DNA of 64,000 nt from Candidatus Poribacteria bacterium (lineage in GTDB: Bacteria; Poribacteria; WGA-4E; PCPOR2b). The position numbers were made by a program, and so were the translations under genes. The stretch spans positions 4,000,001 through 4,064,000 of the forward strand of contig OZ220744.1 of the NCBI GenBank assembly GCA_965116925.1, in the 5' to 3' direction. This document shows positions 58,323 through 64,000 of this stretch, piece after piece. The first letter of the stretch is position 1; every line of letters begins with the position of its first letter. Below the pieces are notes generated by a model, which saw only the letters and a list, made by a program, of their open reading frames with translations, was not told where the DNA came from and ran no database searches.

Positions 58323-59297
58323 ATGGGTAAGACTAATCGGCAGCAATATCATCTCAAATTTGGGATTTGGCTTGACGAAATGAAGCTGCCATTTGACGAG
58401 GCACTTGCTGTTGCGAAACGGATAGGTGCAGAGTATGTCTGGTTCGCAGAATTGCCTGGTGAAACAGCTATCGCTGAAATGAGCGACGCGGAGGTCGATA
58501 GAATGGGAGAACGCGTCGCCCGGCATGGACTGAAACTTTTTCAGATCTGCGCGGAACATCCCTTTCATTACATTCGTCTCATGGATCTGCAGCCCGACTC
58601 GATACAGGACCACCCGGCGTTTCGTAAGGACTTCAATGCTTTGATTCGGGCGATGCAAATCGCCGCACGATTGGACGTGGGTGCGGTACTCGCCTACGGT
58701 TTATCTTGGCCCGGTGAATGGTCACAACAGGGACGAACTTGGGGAAGGGCACCGACTTGGCCCATGCGATGGGCAACGCGGGGCGGTATCATTGCTGATG
58801 ACGATATGGATAAGCTAATCAACATTTTTTCTCTGGTCTTGGAACAGGCGGAACAGTACAATGTTGATGTTGTCCTTGGTATGCGCCCGTTCCACCACAT
58901 CTCTACAACGACCCATTTTCGCCTTTTGGCTGAACGGCTCCGCTCTCCAAGGCTCAAGTTTCAGTTGTCACCTGGCGATAGCCTGCTCTCCGCGGAATGT
59001 GATGTAGCGACAGCAGGCTTCACTCACGTCCGTCCCTATCTCCATGGACTGCACATAAAGGACGTGCATGTGATTGATGGTCCCAAGGGTAGGTATGAGT
59101 GGCGTCCTTTTGGTGAAGGTGATGTTGATTATCCTACGCTGATGGGTAATCTGCTTGAACACCGTTGTGAGGTATTCCTTGCAGTCGCCACCCACTTCCG
59201 CCCACCCAGCGGATCTGATGTAGAGGCGATGGAAATCAATTTCGCCAATGTTACGTCGCTTATCAGTCTGTTAGCAGATCAGCAGCAGAAGGATTGA
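58323..59297 (+). CDS. Sugar-phosphate isomerase/epimerase-like TIM barrel (AP endonuclease 2 fold), atypical metal site
   Basis: FDEALAVAKRIGAEYV, LHIKD, FGEGDVDY; GAGGAG RBS. Confidence 0.75.
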   Translation: MGKTNRQQYHLKFGIWLDEMKLPFDEALAVAKRIGAEYVWFAELPGETAIAEMSDAEVDRMGERVARHGLKLFQICAEHPFHYIRLMDLQPDSIQDHPAFRKDFNALIRAMQIAARLDVGAVLAYGLSWPGEWSQQGRTWGRAPTWPMRWATRGGIIADDDMDKLINIFSLVLEQAEQYNVDVVLGMRPFHHISTTTHFRLLAERLRSPRLKFQLSPGDSLLSAECDVATAGFTHVRPYLHGLHIKDVHVIDGPKGRYEWRPFGEGDVDYPTLMGNLLEHRCEVFLAVATHFRPPSGSDVEAMEINFANVTSLISLLADQQQKD

Positions 59298-59321
59298 TAA
59301 CTGGAATTAGGAGAAAGAAAA

Positions 59322-60593
59322 ATGTACAAACGTCATCGGATCGCCCTAGCGGGATGCGGCGGTATGGGACGCCGGCACCTGCGTGGGTATCGTACCCTAG
59401 AGGATTTTGAGCCCGGACGCATTGGAGTTGTCGCAGTGATTGATCCGGAATTGGAACGTGCCGAATTTGTGGCTGGCGAAGCGGAGGAGTTTTTTGGTGA
59501 TCGCCCTCAAGTGTACCGTTCACTTGAGGACGCCATCGCAGGCGCGAGTGAAATAGAGGTACTGGACATCGTTGCTGCGGCCTCCGCACATCACTCGATT
59601 GCTGGAGTTGCAGCGGAAAATGGTGTGCACGTGCTGTGCGAGAAACCGATGGCACCCACCGTAGCAGCGTGCCGGACAATGCAAGCCGCTGCTCAGCAGC
59701 ACGGCACTGTGCTCTCCATAGCAGAGAACTACCGGCGCGACCCGGTAAGCCGCCTAGCGAAGGCATTGCTTGAGGCGGGTGCTATCGGCGACATCCGCAC
59801 TGTCCTAGATTTTGCTGCGGGTGGCGGTCGTAGCGCGTCCGCTGGCGGGTGGCAATATCTTCGCAAACAAGGTGGATCTATTCTGGAATCTGGCGTTCAC
59901 AACGCTGACATGCAGATATACTTGGCTGGTCCTGTCAGTCAGGTAACGGGCAAGGTTCGTCTTCAGGAACATGAGCGTATCTTCAAAGGGACGCGCGTAA
60001 AGGGATTTCACGATCACTACGCGCATACCTATCCCGATATTCAGACAGCAGATGCCCCTGACCTTATGATGGCAACCCTTGAATTTGAAAGCGATGCGTT
60101 GGGGCAGTGGCTATATGATAAGGCAGCGCACGGTCCTGGATTCCGTCGTTTCACGATTTTTGGCAGCGACGGTCAGATCGATTTGCCGTCGGTGCGTACG
60201 GGTCAGCCGTTACGTCTCTTTCGGGACGACCACGATGGTGTGCTTGATGACGATGATGTGCTGGCACTCGTTCCAGATTTTGCGCTTGATGATCGTACCG
60301 CTCGGTTTTTCGGTGGTGAACGACTCGCACGCTACGGTCAGTCAGGATCGGGTGTGGGTGGTGGTGGCGACTTAAACATCCTCGCCATGGAACTCGCGGA
60401 ACTTTTGGACGCCATCGACAATGGAACGCCAGTCGAGGTTGGGGCAGAGGAAGGGTTGTTAGCTGTTGCCCTTGTGATGGCTTGCCATGAATCCTCTGAG
60501 GCGGGCCGGATTGTCCGCATGGAGGAGGTCGTCGGTGGGAGACTCAACACCTACCAGAATGTCGCAAATCGGGAGTTGGGAATTGAGGTTTGA
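59322..60593 (+). CDS. Gfo/Idh/MocA family oxidoreductase
   Basis: LAGCGGMG, HVLCEKPMA, AENYRRDP, GVHNAD. Confidence 0.9.
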   Translation: MYKRHRIALAGCGGMGRRHLRGYRTLEDFEPGRIGVVAVIDPELERAEFVAGEAEEFFGDRPQVYRSLEDAIAGASEIEVLDIVAAASAHHSIAGVAAENGVHVLCEKPMAPTVAACRTMQAAAQQHGTVLSIAENYRRDPVSRLAKALLEAGAIGDIRTVLDFAAGGGRSASAGGWQYLRKQGGSILESGVHNADMQIYLAGPVSQVTGKVRLQEHERIFKGTRVKGFHDHYAHTYPDIQTADAPDLMMATLEFESDALGQWLYDKAAHGPGFRRFTIFGSDGQIDLPSVRTGQPLRLFRDDHDGVLDDDDVLALVPDFALDDRTARFFGGERLARYGQSGSGVGGGGDLNILAMELAELLDAIDNGTPVEVGAEEGLLAVALVMACHESSEAGRIVRMEEVVGGRLNTYQNVANRELGIEV

Positions 60594-60602
60594 AGCGTTG
60601 AT

Positions 60603-60887
60603 TATAGTGAATGCTAAAAATAAATATAGGACTTACGCAGCGGGTTCATAAGTCCCCCTGATTTCTAAAGTCCCCCTGACAAGGGGGATTTAGGGGGTTG
60701 GGGGATTTAGGGGGTTAAAAATCGAAAATCTACCCCCCGTGCGCTAAATTTGCGTAAGTCCTAAAATAAACACTTTTGCCCCTGGTAGGTGCGGTTAGGA
60801 AACTGTACCGAATTCACTCCAACCCGGTAGGTGCGGTTTGCAACCGCACCGGTTTGGCGTGTCTCATTAATTCTAGGATCCACTATA
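60603..60887. mobile_element. MITE family E copy 3 (inverted), interrupted by element G
   Basis: TATAGTGAATGCTAAAAATAAA ... GTGTCTCATTAATTCTAGGATCCACTATA. Confidence 0.75.
60627..60763. mobile_element. MITE family G with perfect 13-bp inverted ends and a 5-bp duplication
   Basis: AAATA-TAGGACTTACGCA ... TGCGTAAGTCCTA-AAATA; cargo CCCCCTG..AAGGGGGATTTAGGGGG repeats. Confidence 0.8.
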
Positions 60888-61038
60888 AATCAAAAAATTG
60901 CTCGGCATTCGAGTTTCACAGCTTTCGATAATCAGGAAAGTGGTGGATAGCGTCTTTTAACTTAACCGTGCGTTTGGCTAGAATCTAATACCTCGCCCTG
61001 AGGGAAAAAGCCTAACGCCCAAACATGGAGGTACTAGC

Positions 61039-61611
61039 ATGAATTCATCTGATGAACAAATCATCTTTGAAGATAATTTCGACGGCCAACTCGATGAAGG
61101 TTGGTCGTGGCTGCGGGAGGATTCGGACGATTGGCGTCTACGGGACGGAGGACTGGAAATTTGCGTTCGACCCGGCGTAGCAGATACAGTCAGAAATGCG
61201 TTGTTGCGAACTGCGCCAGACCGCAGCGATGGCACTTATGCCATCGAAGTGACTATCACCAACCATACCCTTCCCACCCAACAGTACGAACAGGCGGGAA
61301 TTACGTGGTATAACGATGGCAAACCGGTTTTCAAGGAGGTCAAGGAACTCATCGACGGCGATCTTTACATCATCCCCGGTAGAGCAGCGATGGCAGCGAA
61401 GAGCGTCCGACTGCGCTTGATAGTTACTGCGGATTCGTGGGAGGCGCAGTATTGCCCTTCAGATAGCACAGAGTTCCAAACAGCGGCAACGGGTGAACTG
61501 CCTTCACCGGGTGATGACCAAGTGAGCATCCAGTGCTACAATGGTCCCCCGGAGGGCGAACATTGGATTCGCTTCGAGAATTTTTGTATTAAGCTTATCA
61601 ACTCCAATTAG
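61039..61611 (+). CDS. Concanavalin A-like beta-sandwich protein (DUF1349 / beta-xylosidase C-terminal-like)
   Basis: FEDNFDG.L..GWSWLRE, YEQAGI, W.RFENF; GGAGG RBS. Confidence 0.65.
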   Translation: MNSSDEQIIFEDNFDGQLDEGWSWLREDSDDWRLRDGGLEICVRPGVADTVRNALLRTAPDRSDGTYAIEVTITNHTLPTQQYEQAGITWYNDGKPVFKEVKELIDGDLYIIPGRAAMAAKSVRLRLIVTADSWEAQYCPSDSTEFQTAATGELPSPGDDQVSIQCYNGPPEGEHWIRFENFCIKLINSN

Positions 61612-61780
61612 TCGGGATAATTTTCGCAGTGACAATGCGGTTTGTACCTCTGTAACCTCGCCGGCGTTAGCACTCTTTTTCGGTTGAAGCCGTTGATGGT
61701 TGTGATATAATTTGTTGGAACCTATAGAAACGTGATGACCTGCAATACGTTTTTTTACCTTGAGAAGGAGGGAATCGAAA

Positions 61781-62755
61781 ATGGTAAAGATCGCTTTAGC
61801 CCTTGGACCGGAACCGACCCCTGTTTGGACATTAGCTCGGCAAGCCGGTGTTGAGTATGTGGTTGGCGGTTTGGACTTGAATCCGATACCGAACGCAAGC
61901 GATGAACAACAGCCGTGGAGTTACGTGTCGCTTGCCCGTCTGAAAGCTACATACGAGGATAGCGGATTTAATCTACAGGTGATTGAGAGCCGTCCCCCGA
62001 TGGAGAAAATAAAACTCGGTTTGCCGGGACGGGATGAAGAAATCGATGTTATCTGCGAATTTATTCGCAACATGGGGGCATTGGAGATTCCGGTGTGGTG
62101 CCCCGCGTGGATGCCTATTCTTTTTGTCCTTCGGACATCTGTCACAATTCCTTCACGCGGTGGGTCTCAGGTCAGTGGCTATGACCATGATTACATGAAG
62201 AACGCACCTCTGACCGAGCATGGTGTCATTACCGAAGAGCAGCAATGGGCGAACCTGAAGTATTTTCTGGAGCGTGTGGTGCCGGTTGCGGAAAAAGCTG
62301 ATGTCAAATTGGCGATGCATCCGGATGATCCACCGCTGTCGCCCATCCGAGGGGTCGCCCGAATCATGAGCAGTGTGGAGAATTATCAGAAACTGATAGA
62401 TCTGGTGCCAAGTCCTGTCAACGGGATTGGCCTTTGTCAGGGTAACTTCTCTCTGATGACCGACAATCTGCCTGAAGTAATTCGGCATTTCGGAGGACAG
62501 GATAAGATTTTCTTTGTTCACTTCCGAGATGTGCAAGGAACACCTGATAAGTTCGTTGAAGCATTCCATGACGATGGACAGGCTGACATGGCAGAGTGTG
62601 TACGCGCCTACCGTGATGTTGGCTATGCAGGAGTCGCACGTCCAGACCATTTCCCGAAAATGGGCGATGCTAGCATCCCGGATGAGCATAGTATGGAACG
62701 GCTCTTTGCCATCGGTTATATGAAGGGATTGATTGAAGCGGTCTATACCGAATAG
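61781..62755 (+). CDS. uxuA: Mannonate dehydratase
   Basis: MEKIKLGLPGRDEEI, NLKYFLERVVPVAE, HPDDPP, CQGNF, HFRDV, RPDHFP, RLFAIGYMKG. Confidence 0.88.
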   Translation: MVKIALALGPEPTPVWTLARQAGVEYVVGGLDLNPIPNASDEQQPWSYVSLARLKATYEDSGFNLQVIESRPPMEKIKLGLPGRDEEIDVICEFIRNMGALEIPVWCPAWMPILFVLRTSVTIPSRGGSQVSGYDHDYMKNAPLTEHGVITEEQQWANLKYFLERVVPVAEKADVKLAMHPDDPPLSPIRGVARIMSSVENYQKLIDLVPSPVNGIGLCQGNFSLMTDNLPEVIRHFGGQDKIFFVHFRDVQGTPDKFVEAFHDDGQADMAECVRAYRDVGYAGVARPDHFPKMGDASIPDEHSMERLFAIGYMKGLIEAVYTE

Positions 62756-62817
62756 GATTGGCGGTGCCTAATAAATTGCGTGTCTCATGGACGCGAATGA
62801 GGACAGTAAAAGAAAAA

Positions 62818-62909
62818 GGCTCATGTTAAGAAAGTGTGCAACAGAAACCGAGTTTTGAGGAAAAAACTCGGTTTCTCCTCGTGCTTTGTACTTTCTTTTC
62901 ATATGAGCC
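62818..62909. mobile_element. MITE family C copy with an 8-bp target duplication
   Basis: GGCTCATGTTAAGAAA ... TTTCTTTTCATATGAGCC, flanked by AAGAAAAA at 62810-62817 and 62910-62917. Confidence 0.82.
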
Positions 62910-62935
62910 AAGAAAAATAGATAAAGGAGGCATGT

Positions 62936-63781
62936 ATGGACACTGCATGTTTGGATTACTGTCTAACTGAAGATGAACGGCTTGACTTTGAGCGTAACGG
63001 TTTTCTAATCGTCCCTGATGCGCTGACACCACAGATGACCTCTGACATTGAGGCGGTGGTGGACCGGATCGACACCCACCACCGGGCGGAGGAAAAGATG
63101 GAGAGTCACGAGTGGGTGCACAAGTTGGATTTTGTGGGACAGGATGAAGTTTTTCTGGATCTGCTCGATTGGCATAAGACATTCCCAAAAGTGTGGGGGA
63201 TACTCGGTTGGAACATCCAGCTTTACCTCACCCATATGGATGTCACACCTCCACCGCCGTCCGACGCAGCACAGGAGAAGCAGCGGTTGGGCTGGCATCA
63301 GGACAGTGGACGTTTGAACGCCGAGTTGGAAACTGATCCCCGTCCACGAGTTTCGGTCAAGATTGGCTATTTCCTTACCGATACGACTGAAACGGGTCGG
63401 GGGAATTTCTACGTCATACCGGGAAGCCACCTCCAGAACAAATTAGAGTTTCCGCCCGATGATGTTTCAGATCCGGAAGGGGCAACCCCGGTGTGTGTCC
63501 CACCCGGCACAGCAGTCATTTTCGATCGGCGTATCTGGCATTCCCGAAGCCCGAATGAATCGGATATTACGCGCAAGGTGCTATTCTATGGCTATAGCTA
63601 CCGATGGCTCCGTCCGAGAGATGACATGACTGTTGGAAACTTTATTGACCGCTGTGATCCAATTCGACGGCAGTTACTGGGATTTAGCACCAGTTGGCAC
63701 GGCTATACCTCTCCGACTGATGAGGATGTTCCGTTGAGATTGTGGCTCGCCGAACACCTTGGAGAGGAGGCAGTCGCCTGA
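62936..63781 (+). CDS. PhyH family Fe(II)/2OG oxygenase
   Basis: FERNGFL, WHQD, IPGSH, FDRRIWHS; AAGGAGG RBS. Confidence 0.9.
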   Translation: MDTACLDYCLTEDERLDFERNGFLIVPDALTPQMTSDIEAVVDRIDTHHRAEEKMESHEWVHKLDFVGQDEVFLDLLDWHKTFPKVWGILGWNIQLYLTHMDVTPPPPSDAAQEKQRLGWHQDSGRLNAELETDPRPRVSVKIGYFLTDTTETGRGNFYVIPGSHLQNKLEFPPDDVSDPEGATPVCVPPGTAVIFDRRIWHSRSPNESDITRKVLFYGYSYRWLRPRDDMTVGNFIDRCDPIRRQLLGFSTSWHGYTSPTDEDVPLRLWLAEHLGEEAVA

Positions 63782-63826
63782 CCGTTATCTGGTGTCAAGC
63801 GTGTAAGTTCTTGAAGGTACGCAAAT

Positions 63827-64000
63827 ATGGGACAAATCAGATCTCACCCACCTGTTAAGCTGATTGTTGGAATTATTACGGCAATTCCAGATTCACTCTC
63901 CGTCGTACACCAACGATTGTCAGAGCAGTTTGGACGGGTCGATTTTGCCAGCGATTTGCTGCCTTTTGATTATACCAATTACTATGAAGCGGAGATGGGA
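63827..64000 (+). CDS. DUF4416-like protein, 5' part only
   Basis: Manual translation MGQIRSHPPVKLIVGII...FG.VD..S..LPFDYTNYYEAEMG. Confidence 0.7.
   Translation, partial: MGQIRSHPPVKLIVGIITAIPDSLSVVHQRLSEQFGRVDFASDLLPFDYTNYYEAEMG

Noticed and set aside
1..64000. Prophage, defence island, rRNA or tRNA
   Set aside because: No integrase, phage structural, nuclease or restriction-modification motifs, and no structural RNA gene recognised by eye.

Overview
Bacterial chromosomal window, about 50% GC by eye. The gene content is typical of Candidatus Poribacteria (inference): several PhyH-like dioxygenases, three UxuA-like dehydratases, enolase-superfamily enzymes, a sulfatase, secreted WD40/PD40 propellers, dockerin-like and FlgD-Ig tails, and a DUF6785-like membrane protein. 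About 48 CDS are supported, mostly carbohydrate-acid catabolism, housekeeping (dapA, coaE, rbsK, Fe-S proteins, a sigma-E-type locus) and secreted repeat proteins. I found no rRNA, tRNA, CRISPR or transposase gene. Four things stand out. (1) A complete cobalamin riboswitch, with promoter and attenuator, heads a three-gene putative non-canonical B12 capture/uptake module: a BtuG/YncE-like propeller with a dockerin-like tail, a large exported domain fused to an ECF S-component-like module, and a second propeller. (2) The intergenic DNA is built from at least seven families of non-autonomous inverted-repeat elements, several with readable target-site duplications, that nest into each other's ends and carry interchangeable GTAG-hairpin (REP-like) cargo. 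(3) A shared C-terminal T-x-W-G-x-x-K tail on three secreted proteins looks like a sorting signal. (4) Several intact genes have substituted catalytic residues (IscU, HtrA, sulfatase, MetH activation domain, second nucleotidyltransferase module, TIM barrel). All family assignments come from motif recognition by eye; no database search was run.
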